From Longimicrobiales bacterium (GTDB lineage: Bacteria; Gemmatimonadota; Gemmatimonadetes; Longimicrobiales; Gaopeijiaceae), in contig CBDCNQ010000002.1 in NCBI GenBank assembly GCA_965219445.1, positions 480,001 through 544,000 on the forward strand: a DNA stretch of 64,000 nt, read 5' to 3'. Positions 39,582 through 48,105 of this stretch are shown in pieces. Every line of letters begins with the position of its first letter. Positions within the stretch are counted from its first letter, which is position 1. Made by a program: the position numbers and the translations under genes. Under the pieces are notes generated by a model, which was not told the DNA's origin, made no database searches, and worked only from the letters and a program-made list of their open reading frames with translations.

Positions 39582-41159
39582 TCAGCCGGACGACGTGGCC
39601 GCAACCCCCGGTACGCACCGCGTTCGAACTGCCAACGGGCGGATCGCGCCCGGGATGCGAACCGGAAGTAGCAGAATCACCAGCAACCCAAGAGAGAGCG
39701 GGCCGACCACACCGCCGATGTGCACTGCGAGCGGGACAGCGCCGGATCGCTGAACGCGGCCCGCGGCATAGGTCTCCACAAATGGCTCGGTTCTCGTCAC
39801 GACTCGGCCGAGCGGATCCACGATGCCCGAGACGCCGGTGTTGGCGGCCCGGACCACCGTGACACGGTTCTCCACCGCTCGCAGCGTCGCATGGGCAAAG
39901 TGTTGATGGGGAGCAGCCGTTCGACCGAACCACGCATCGTTGCTCAGCGTCACCAGTACCTCTGCCCCGGCGCGCCGAAGGGTTCGCGACATGTCCGCGA
40001 ACGTGAGCTCGTAACAGAGCAGTGTCCCGTAGCGTCCCATCGCTGAATCGGCGACGTGCGTGGCCTGGCCGGGAGTGAAACCGCCAAAGCCCGTCCGTGA
40101 GAGATTAAGCGCGCCCGCCGGCACCCACTCAATCATCGGGATGAGCTTCTGCTTGCGGTGGACGACCGGCACGCTGGTTCCGGCGATGGGGTGGAAGGCT
40201 AGGGCGGCGTTGTAGCGTCGCGGTGGACCATCTGCCGACCATTCCAGGTCCACGCCGCCGGTGAGGACAGTGCTTCGTGAGCGCCGCGCCAACTGGGTGA
40301 CGCGAGCGGCCCATCCTGGGTGCGACCGGATGGCATCAGGCAGGGCGGTTTCGGGCCACGCGATGAGCTGGGGATGGGCGTCGGCGATGGCCTTTTCCGC
40401 AAGGCGTACCGTCCGCTCGACGATCGCGTCCTGCCCGGTTGGCGTCCACTTTTCATGCACCGTCACGTTCGGTTGCACCACAGCGACCATGGCGCCCGGT
40501 TCCAAGGGCAATGTATTGAGCCGGTGCAGGCCGTACAGCGTCACCAGGAACAGCACCGTGGCCGCGGCCTCGACGTGAGCCAGCGCCACTGTCCGGCGGT
40601 GTCTCGTCCACCAGGCCATGGCCAGCAAGACGTTGATCGTGGCGACGATGAACGCGAGTCCTCCCGCGCCGGCGAGGTCGGCCGTCTGCACGAGGACCGG
40701 CAGGGCTGTTACCGTGAGGGCGAGTTGGTGCCATGGGAAACCGATGGGGCCCACCTGCGCCGCGAGCCACTCGAGAACCACCACGCCCGTCGGGAGGGCG
40801 ACGAGGAGTCGGTTCGGCGAGTGACGGGCGATCCTGCCGACGACCGCGAACATCACCGCGGTCAGGCCGCCGAACATCACCGCTGCGACCAGATAGAGAG
40901 CGATCGTGCTCCGCCCATACTCCCACAATGCCACCGCCAGCCAGTAGAGCAGGGCGCCGTGGGTGACCGTCCCATACCAGAACCCCTGGTGCAGGTGCAC
41001 CCGCCACGCATTCGCATCGTGGGTGCCACGCAGTATGAGCAGCGCCGCCGGGATGAGGCAGACGAACGCGGGGACCACCAGGGTGAACGGCGGATACGCG
41101 AGCGTGAGAAGCAACGCGGCGGCCGCGATCAGGATCCAGTCGGAGCGGGGAAGGCGCAT
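39582..41159 (-). CDS. lnt: Apolipoprotein N-acyltransferase
   Basis: VQPN, WPETA (E), KQKLIP (K), LCYE (C), SNDAWFG, RAVENR..VVRAANTG. Confidence 0.92.
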   Translation of the reverse strand: MRLPRSDWILIAAAALLLTLAYPPFTLVVPAFVCLIPAALLILRGTHDANAWRVHLHQGFWYGTVTHGALLYWLAVALWEYGRSTIALYLVAAVMFGGLTAVMFAVVGRIARHSPNRLLVALPTGVVVLEWLAAQVGPIGFPWHQLALTVTALPVLVQTADLAGAGGLAFIVATINVLLAMAWWTRHRRTVALAHVEAAATVLFLVTLYGLHRLNTLPLEPGAMVAVVQPNVTVHEKWTPTGQDAIVERTVRLAEKAIADAHPQLIAWPETALPDAIRSHPGWAARVTQLARRSRSTVLTGGVDLEWSADGPPRRYNAALAFHPIAGTSVPVVHRKQKLIPMIEWVPAGALNLSRTGFGGFTPGQATHVADSAMGRYGTLLCYELTFADMSRTLRRAGAEVLVTLSNDAWFGRTAAPHQHFAHATLRAVENRVTVVRAANTGVSGIVDPLGRVVTRTEPFVETYAAGRVQRSGAVPLAVHIGGVVGPLSLGLLVILLLPVRIPGAIRPLAVRTRCVPGVAATSSG

Positions 41160-41162
41160 TGG

Positions 41163-42561
41163 TCAGCCCTGTCCGTGCACTTTTACCGGGGCCCACGGTT
41201 GGCTCAGAATGGACGTGCCGGCCTGGCCCAGATCGTTGGCGCCCCAGCACCAGACATCTCCGTCCGCGGTCAAACCGCAGGTGTGTTGCCTTCCCGCCGC
41301 GACCTGGGTAAACGTGTGACCCCCGGTGACGGCAACGGGCTCCTCACGATATTCGGTGGTGCCGTCACCTAATCGACCCTCTCCGTTCTCGCCCCAGCAC
41401 CACGCAGCACCCCCCGTGGTCAGCCCGCACGTGTGGACGCCCCCGCCACTGATCGCGGCAAACGGACCGAACCCGACCATCGGAGCATATACGCTGCGTG
41501 CAAAATCGTAGCAGAACACCGACCCCAGAGAGGTGCGCGCGCAACGTCCGCTTACCTGTACAAAGAGGGAATCGGCCGTCAGACCCGTGGCCACGGGCAT
41601 CCGCAGGGGCACATACGAGCACCGCACCTGGATCGGGCCTCCCGCCTTGTCCACACCGTTCTGACAGGTCTCGGTGCCTGCCAGCGTCGGGCTGAAATTG
41701 TCGAGGTTACCCCAGCAGTAGAGGTGGCCCGCGTCGGTCACCCCGCAGGTCGTCGCCTCATGCGTATCGAGCGAGACCCACTGAAGGTCCCCGGCGACCA
41801 ATTCGGGTGTGGCGACGGGCCCGCTGCGTTGATTGCCACCCAACTTCCCAGTGCTGTTATCACCCCAGCAGTACGCGGCCCCAATGGAAGTCAGCCCGCA
41901 CGTGTGGCCCCAGGCGAGGGTCAGGGTGGTGAACGCCCGGCCGCCCGAGACCGCGACCGGATCGAAGAACCAGCGGCGTTCCGACACGCCGAGTTGCAGT
42001 GTGAAGTTGTCGCCCCAGCACCATGCGCTGCCGAACGTATCCAGACTGCACGCGTGAGAGCTACTCACCTGGACCGAGCGAGCGTCGGTCTTTCGGGGCA
42101 CGGGCATCGGACTGCACGGTGTACCCCAGCAGGTACTAATTGCGGGATCGACCCCCCATTGCCCGAGTTGGGAGCTACTCCCGGTTCCCCAGCAAAGGGC
42201 GATGTCGCCTTCGGAGACGGCGCACGAAGCCCGCCCGCCCGCTGCAATGTCCGTGACGGGCCCCATGACGACGGTGTCTGGTACGAACACGGCCAGAGAG
42301 TCCACGAGCCCGCCGGCTTCCGCCACCAGGAATGTGCGACCAGGCGCCCGCGCCTGGATGATTCTCGTGGGATCGTTCGGGGAGTCGGGACCGCTCGGGG
42401 AGAAACGAGGGGCGCCGACGTCGGAGGCGATCGAGCGATCGCGGATGATCCAGTTGATTTCGGCGGTAGGAGGTGTCTCGAAGCACCCCGATTGCACCCA
42501 CGCCTGATCTGCCGATCCCACCACCAGATGCAGGGAATCAGGGAAGAGGGCGACGTCGGTA
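41163..42561 (-). pseudogene. RCC1-repeat (beta-propeller) protein, 5' end cut off by the IS256 left end
   Basis: Repeated HTCGLT..G.A.CWG.N..G.LG. The frame is open up to the IS junction at 42561/42562, with no signal peptide or clear RBS-linked start left. Confidence 0.75.
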
Positions 42562-42722
42562 GAGCTAGGATCAAAGGCATCATAGGGGCATGGCGACCGC
42601 TACCGGTACCGATCAGCAGCGAAGCAGCCCGAAGACGAAGAGGCGTTCTCCTCCGGGAACGGGTGCGCGTTCATCATTGTTCGCGCAAGGAAGCAACCCA
42701 CCTATCCAAGAGGAGAACGCCG

Positions 42723-43970
42723 ATGGAGAGATATATCGGACTCGACGCACACGCGTCGAGCTGCACGCTGGGGATTGTAGGCCCCAGCGGCAAGCGCTTG
42801 GGCTCGCAGGTGGTGGAGACGAACGCGCGGGCGCTGATCGAGGTGCTGCGAGGGATTCCGAGGAACCGGCACTTGTGCCTGGAAGAAGGGACGCTGTCGG
42901 GGTGGCTGTACGAGGTGCTGGAGCCGCACGTGGAGGAGCTGACGGTGGCGGGGGTCGGCAAGAGCCGGGGCCCGAAGACCGACAAGCTGGACGCGTTTGC
43001 CCTGGCGGAGAAGCTGCGGATCGGATCACTGGAGACGAGGGTCTACAAGAACCGGGGCCAGTTCAGGCGGCTGGGGGAACGGGCGAAGAGCTACGACTTC
43101 CTGGTCGGCGACACGGTGCGGGTGAAGAACCGGCTCAAGAGCGTGCTGCGCTCGAGAGGAGTGGCCTACGGCGCGGGGCGCTCGGTCTACTTGAAGCGCG
43201 ACCGGGAGGAGTGGTTGGCCAAGCTGCCGGAAGCGAGCAGGACGACGGCCGGGTTGCTGTACGAGGAGCACGACGCACTCGTGGCATTGAGGGCGAAGGC
43301 CGAGAAGGCGTTGCTGGCGGAAGCACGCAAGCATCGAGAGTGGCATGTGCTGAAGACGTGCCCGGGTCTGGGTCCGATCCGGACGGCGGAGCTCCTGCCG
43401 GTGGTGGTGACGCCGTACCGGTTCCAGAGCCGGAGCAGGTTCTGGGCGTACTGCGGACTGGGCGTCGTGATGCGGAGCTCGTCGGACTGGGTGCGGGGTC
43501 CGGGTGGGCGGTGGGTAAGGGAACCGGTACAGCAGACGCGGGGGCTGAATCGGAACTTCAACCACACGCTGAAGCGTGTGTTCAAGGGCGCGGCGACGAC
43601 GGTGATCGGTCGGGCCGAAAACGAACCCTTGTACCGCCACTACGAGCGACTCCTGGAGGGGGGCACGAAGCCGAATCTGGCGAAGCTGACGATCGCGCGT
43701 CAGCTCGCCTCGATCGTGCTAGCGGTGTGGCGCACGGGCGAAGCGTACGACCCAAGAGACTGGAAGCGACGGAGTAAACCGGCCTGGGATCGGCGAGCGT
43801 GGGGTCGAAAGCGGTCACAACATGGGGTCCGACGAAACGGAAGCGAACCGGTTACAGGGGACAGCATCCATACACACCGTGGGCCGGGGCAGAGAGCCCA
43901 AGCCCCCACTCAAAGGCTATGCACCCCTGGAAGAGCCGAACGAAGCGATGGGCCACAGAGTCCCAGATAG
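42723..43970 (+). CDS. IS110-family DEDD transposase/recombinase (probable native stop 43777; 1-nt frameshift near 43752)
   Basis: YIGLDAH (D), CLEEG (E), KTDKLDA (D,D), PGLGPI, AYCGL....RSS; GAGGAG RBS before ATG 42723. Confidence 0.92.
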   Translation: MERYIGLDAHASSCTLGIVGPSGKRLGSQVVETNARALIEVLRGIPRNRHLCLEEGTLSGWLYEVLEPHVEELTVAGVGKSRGPKTDKLDAFALAEKLRIGSLETRVYKNRGQFRRLGERAKSYDFLVGDTVRVKNRLKSVLRSRGVAYGAGRSVYLKRDREEWLAKLPEASRTTAGLLYEEHDALVALRAKAEKALLAEARKHREWHVLKTCPGLGPIRTAELLPVVVTPYRFQSRSRFWAYCGLGVVMRSSSDWVRGPGGRWVREPVQQTRGLNRNFNHTLKRVFKGAATTVIGRAENEPLYRHYERLLEGGTKPNLAKLTIARQLASIVLAVWRTGEAYDPRDWKRRSKPAWDRRAWGRKRSQHGVRRNGSEPVTGDSIHTHRGPGQRAQAPTQRLCTPGRAERSDGPQSPR

Positions 43971-44022
43971 AAGGATGGTTCCCGCTCCAGAGCGGAGAAC
44001 GCGACGGCTGTGAACGTCTTCC
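43855..44022 (+). ncRNA. Putative bridge RNA/seekRNA core (ends approximate, within 43778-44150)
   Basis: Nested stems enclose TACACACC and TCAAAGG, which match the insertion target, and ATAGAAGG, which matches the element's own right end. Confidence 0.8.
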
Positions 44023-44263
44023 GGACTGCGATGCGGACCCTGCGAGCGCACCCCTCCCCACCCTGAGTCGTCGACCGGGCAATCCAAACCATGCGGACGC
44101 CGACGGTCAAAAAATGAGCCGACGGCGCGTGGGGAAGGTGCGTCTTGACCGCCAGCCCCATAGAAGGGTGTGTAAAAAAAGAGGCGACGTACCTTTCCGC
44201 TAGGTAGTAAGAAGTTAACCAGCGAATCCCGGGTGAGCGCCCGGGGGAAAGGAACGATGCCTC

Positions 44264-45508
44264 GTGAGGAAGAATATGGTGGGACCCGAGAGTGAGTCCA
44301 GCACGCCGACGTGGGAGTGCTTGGAAGCGCTGGTTCGTGAGAAGGCCCAGGAGATGGTCCAGCGGATTCTGGAGGAGGAAGTGACGGAGTTGCTCGGCCG
44401 GGAGAAGTCGGAGCGGAAGACGGTCGTAGACCCGGCGCCAGGCTACCGCAACGGCTACGGCAAGGCTCGGCGGCTGGCGATGAGCTCGGGCACGATCATG
44501 CTCCGACGGCCCCGGGTTCGAGGCATTGAGGAGCGGTTCGAGAGTCGGGTGTTGCCGTTGTTCGCACGACGGACGAAGGAGGTGGGTGCTCTGCTTCCGG
44601 AGCTGTATCTGCACGGGCTGGCGGAGGGAGACTTCGAGCTGGCGATGCGGGGCCTGCTGGGCGAGGGGGCCCCGTTGTCGAAGTCTTCGATTTGGCGGCT
44701 GCGGGCGGGATGGACGGCGGAGTTCGAGGAATGGAGCCAGCGTCGCCTGGAGGGCCGTGAGGTCGTCTACGTATGGGCGGACGGGATCTACGTGAAGGCA
44801 GGGCTCGAGCGGGACAAGGCAGCGCTGCTGGTGGTTCTCGGTGCGATGCGAGACGGGACGAAGGAGGTGTTGGCCCTGAGATCGGGCTACCGAGAGTCGG
44901 TCGAGTCCTGGTCCGAGGTGTTGCGGGATCTGAAGGCACGCGGCATCGAGGCGCCCCGGCTTCTGATGGCGGACGGCAACGCGGCGATCTGGGGCGCAGT
45001 ACGGCAGGTATGGCCTGAGGCGGGCGAGCAACGGTGCTGGAACCACAAGATGAGGAACGTGCTGGACCGGCTGCCTCAGCGGGAGCAGAGCGAGGCGAAG
45101 GACCTTCTCAGGACCGTGGTCTACGCACCGAGGCGGTCCGAGGCGCTGAAGGCCCGTGAGGCGTTCGCCAGGCGCTACAGACCGTGGTATCCGAAGGCGG
45201 TGGATGTACTCGAGGACGACTGGGAGCGGATGGTGGCGTTCTACGACTTCCCCGAGGACCACTGGAAGCATCTACGCACGACGAACGTGGTCGAGAGCCC
45301 CTTTGCCGCAGTACGGCTCAGGACAACGGCGGCGAAGCGCTTCAAGCGGGTCGAGAGCGCTACGGCGCTGATCTGGAAGCTGCTCTTGGTGGCGGAGAAG
45401 CGCTTCAGAAGGCTCGACGCTCCTCACCTCCTCAAGGACGTATTTGAAGGAAGAAAGTTCGAAGACGGAAAGCCCGTCTCAACCCAACAGCGGAAAAACG
45501 CCGCCTGA
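44264..45508 (+). CDS. IS256-family (Mutator-type) DDE transposase
   Basis: YRNGY, YLHGLA.GDF, VWADGIY (D), LMADG (D), QRCWNH, TTNVVES (E). Confidence 0.95.
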   Translation: MRKNMVGPESESSTPTWECLEALVREKAQEMVQRILEEEVTELLGREKSERKTVVDPAPGYRNGYGKARRLAMSSGTIMLRRPRVRGIEERFESRVLPLFARRTKEVGALLPELYLHGLAEGDFELAMRGLLGEGAPLSKSSIWRLRAGWTAEFEEWSQRRLEGREVVYVWADGIYVKAGLERDKAALLVVLGAMRDGTKEVLALRSGYRESVESWSEVLRDLKARGIEAPRLLMADGNAAIWGAVRQVWPEAGEQRCWNHKMRNVLDRLPQREQSEAKDLLRTVVYAPRRSEALKAREAFARRYRPWYPKAVDVLEDDWERMVAFYDFPEDHWKHLRTTNVVESPFAAVRLRTTAAKRFKRVESATALIWKLLLVAEKRFRRLDAPHLLKDVFEGRKFEDGKPVSTQQRKNAA

Positions 45509-45537
45509 AACATTTACACACCTATTGACCCAACCTC

Positions 45538-46543
45538 AAAACCCCATGCGCGTGAGCCAATCCTGCCCTCGGATCGTGTAAGCGACCGAGATGTCACGGA
45601 GCTTTACGTAGCCCGCGTCCTCGATGAACTGGCTGGCCGGGCCCGTGAAGTGGGAGCCGATGCCGTCCAAGAACCATGTGGACCAGTTGATGGGCACGGA
45701 CGTCCTCGCCCCCGGCCCGGCGACATCGTACTGCTCGAGGAACGTCTCACCGAAGGTTTCGTTCTGCCCTGCGCCCTGGTACTGCTCGAGGTCCGCGTGC
45801 GTACCGTAAGTGTAGAGCGCACCCCTTGTGCCGTTCCACATTTGGCCGCCGTGCTTGAAGTCCAGGAGTGCGGAGATCCTCAGGTTGTCACCGATCCGGA
45901 CGTTGTTCCGGATACTGGCCGTCCAGTCCGCGTTCGCGTCCCCGATGACACGGCTCTGGGGATCCTGCTGGGGATAGCCGTCGGAGTGGATGTAGACGTC
46001 CCCTGCATTCCACTCCGTGTAGGTGGCGTCGATGTCCACATCGGTAGCCGTATCCAAGCTCCCGTTGCCGAAGCGAACGAAATCACTGCCGAAAAACACT
46101 CCAATGGGGTGGCAAAGGGTGATGTCGCCGCTGGCGTTCCGCTCCGGAGCGACCACGGAGTTCGTGATTCCCACAAAGCCCGTGAGCCCGAACTCCTCGG
46201 TCCCCGCAAGGTCCTGAGCACAGCTGTCGTTGGTGGCCCACTGGCCGACGACCTCCCACGATACTCCGCTCCTTTCCACGACGTTCGCTGCGGCGGTTAG
46301 TTCCCACCCCCGGTTCTCGAACTCCGCGGCGTTGGCGAACTTGCTGAAGAAACCCGTGCTGGGGGACACGTCCACCGCGAGAATTGCGTCCTTCGTCTGC
46401 TGATAGTAGTAGGTGACTCCCAACCTCAAGCGATTCTCCAAGAACGCGACGTCTGCGCCGGCCTCGTACTCGGTGGTACGCTCCGGCTTGATCTCGTTAT
46501 TGCCCAAGATGGTCTCGCGGACGACACCCTCGTTCCCCCCGCC
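45538..46543 (-). pseudogene. SusC/RagA TonB-dependent receptor, distal fragment (3' end truncated by IS256)
   Basis: GNNEIKPERTTEYEAG, ENRGWE, FIEDAGYVKLRDISV; the stop codon is created by the IS end. Confidence 0.85.
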
Positions 46544-46614
46544 CTCTCTGCCAACTTACGTGAGACACGGAGCAGCTAAGGAATTAGAGTAGGGCGAAGG
46601 CAGAGAAACCGAGG

Positions 46615-47064
46615 ATGCTGAGACACCGAGAGAGAATGAAAGAGAATGGAATAGCCCCACCAACCTGGGACGGTAAGCGAAGCGCGGCAGCTCCTGCGGA
46701 CTCGGAGGTGGTAGATAGGCCGCTGCGCCGGCGGTTCGCTCCGTCGTACAAGCTGCGGATCGTCGAAGAAGCGGACCGGTGCACGGAGCCCGGAGAGGTT
46801 GGCCGACTCCTACGGCGGGAGGGCTTGTACTCGTCGCACCTGACGACATGGCGCAAGGCGGCGCATAGCGGGTCCCTGAAAGCGCTGTCGAAGAAACGAG
46901 GCCGTAAGCGCGAGCGCAATCCGCTGGAGGAGAAGGTGCGCAAGCTGGAGCGCGAGAACACTCGCCTCGAGAAGGAGCTCCAGAAGGCGCACTTGATCAT
47001 CGACGTCCAGGGAAAAGTTGCAGGGCTGCTGGGATTGAGCCTCGAGGACGGGACGAACTCATGA
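46615..47064 (+). CDS. IS3-family OrfA (HTH plus leucine zipper)
   Basis: RRRFAPSYKLRIV, LRREGLYSSHL..WR, coiled coil; the start may be ATG 46636. Confidence 0.88.
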   Translation: MLRHRERMKENGIAPPTWDGKRSAAAPADSEVVDRPLRRRFAPSYKLRIVEEADRCTEPGEVGRLLRREGLYSSHLTTWRKAAHSGSLKALSKKRGRKRERNPLEEKVRKLERENTRLEKELQKAHLIIDVQGKVAGLLGLSLEDGTNS

Positions 47065-48068
47065 AGGCGACCCAGGAGCTAGCCAAGCACGTAGGGGTGA
47101 AGCCCGCGTGCGATGCGCTCAGGGTGCCGCGAGCCACGTTCTACCGTCGTCGGAGTGCATCGACCGGGCATCAGCAGCCCCGCCCGACCCCCGCCCGGGC
47201 CTTAAGTGAGAGGGAGCGGGACAAGATTTTCGACACCCTGTGTTCGGAGCGGTTCGTGGACCGGTCCCCAGCCGAGGTGGTGGCGACGCTGCTCGACGAG
47301 GACGTCTACCTGTGCAGCGAGCGTACGATGTATCGCGTTCTGGCTTCCCAGGTGCCGGTTCAGGAGCGTCGAGCGCAGCGGAGTCATCCCAAATACCAGA
47401 AGCCCGAGTTGATGGCGAGGGGCCCGAACCAGGTCTGGTCCTGGGATATCACCCGGCTGCTGGGGCCGAAGAAGTGGAGTTACTTCTACCTCTACGTGAT
47501 CCTGGACATCTTCAGCCGCTACGTCGTGGGATGGATGGTGGCGGATCGGGAGAACTCTGCCCTGGCCAGCCGGCTGATCCAGCAGAGTTGCTTGAAGCAT
47601 GGCGTCCAGCCCCACCTCCTGACCCTGCATTCCGATCGAGGGGCTCCGATGACGAGCCAATGCACGGCTCAACTACTCGCCGATCTCGGCGTGACCCGCT
47701 CGTTGGGCCGACCCCAGGTCTCGGATGACAATCCGTTCTCCGAGGCTCAGTTCAAGACCTTGAAGTACCATCCCTCGTTTCCCGGCCGGTTCGGGGATCA
47801 GGGGCAAGCCAAGACCTTCTGTCGCTCGTTCTTCCGTTGGTATAATGCCGAGCACCGCCATGGCGGCATCTCGATGCTGACCCCCGAACAGGTCCACTTC
47901 GGTCACGCCGATCGGATCATCGCCTGCAGGAAGGCCGTGCTCCGTGAGGCATGGGCCGCTCATCCCGAGCGCTTCGTCTCCGGTGAGCCGAAGCCTAAAC
48001 CACTCCCGGAGGCCGTCTGGATCAATCCTCCCACCCCATCCCTCACGACACAGGAGATTGCTCTCTAA
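47061..48068 (+). CDS. IS3-family OrfB, integrase-core DDE transposase
   Basis: WSWDIT (D), LDIFSRYVVGW, HSDRG (D), DNPFSE (E); -1 frame relative to OrfA. Confidence 0.92.
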   Translation: MKATQELAKHVGVKPACDALRVPRATFYRRRSASTGHQQPRPTPARALSERERDKIFDTLCSERFVDRSPAEVVATLLDEDVYLCSERTMYRVLASQVPVQERRAQRSHPKYQKPELMARGPNQVWSWDITRLLGPKKWSYFYLYVILDIFSRYVVGWMVADRENSALASRLIQQSCLKHGVQPHLLTLHSDRGAPMTSQCTAQLLADLGVTRSLGRPQVSDDNPFSEAQFKTLKYHPSFPGRFGDQGQAKTFCRSFFRWYNAEHRHGGISMLTPEQVHFGHADRIIACRKAVLREAWAAHPERFVSGEPKPKPLPEAVWINPPTPSLTTQEIAL

Positions 48069-48105
48069 TTGATTTCCAAGAGTGTCTCACTGGCGTTGAC
48101 AGGTT

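Larger units (their letters stand above)
42578..44167 (+). mobile_element. IS110-family, IS1111-type element (1590 bp)
   Basis: AAGG core at both junctions (42574-42577, 44164-44167); imperfect sub-terminal IRs 42585-42595 and 44150-44159; DEDD transposase; about 390-nt downstream non-coding region. Confidence 0.88.
42562..45537 (+). mobile_element. IS256-family element whose left IR is split by a nested IS110/IS1111 element
   Basis: IRR 45513-45537 (rc GAGGTTGGGTCAATAGGTGTGTAAA). IRL rebuilt from 42562-42577 plus 44168-44176 is GAGCTAGGATCAAAGGGTGTGTAAA (20/25 identical). No TSD. Confidence 0.85.
46544..48105 (+). mobile_element. IS3-family element inserted in susC
   Basis: IRs 46549-46568 and 48082-48101 (15/20, TG...CA); CCGCC direct repeats at 46539-46543 and 48106-48110; removing 1567 bp restores the susC frame. 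Confidence 0.85.

Noticed and set aside
41163..42300. Periodic CCCCAGCA repeats as a CRISPR-like array
   Set aside because: They encode the recurring CWG motif of RCC1 repeats; there are no long identical repeats or cas genes
41433..43970. 845-aa ORF suggesting a giant IS110 fusion protein
   Set aside because: The first 430 codons are mostly the antisense shadow of the RCC1 gene plus IS ends. The transposase has its own RBS and ATG at 42723.
44029..44034. GATGC as the second donor guide
   Set aside because: Only a 5-nt match and outside the closing GGAAGA/TCTTCC stem; cannot be distinguished from chance
43910..45271. 453-aa minus-strand ORF
   Set aside because: Antisense shadow of the IS256 transposase with no recognisable motifs
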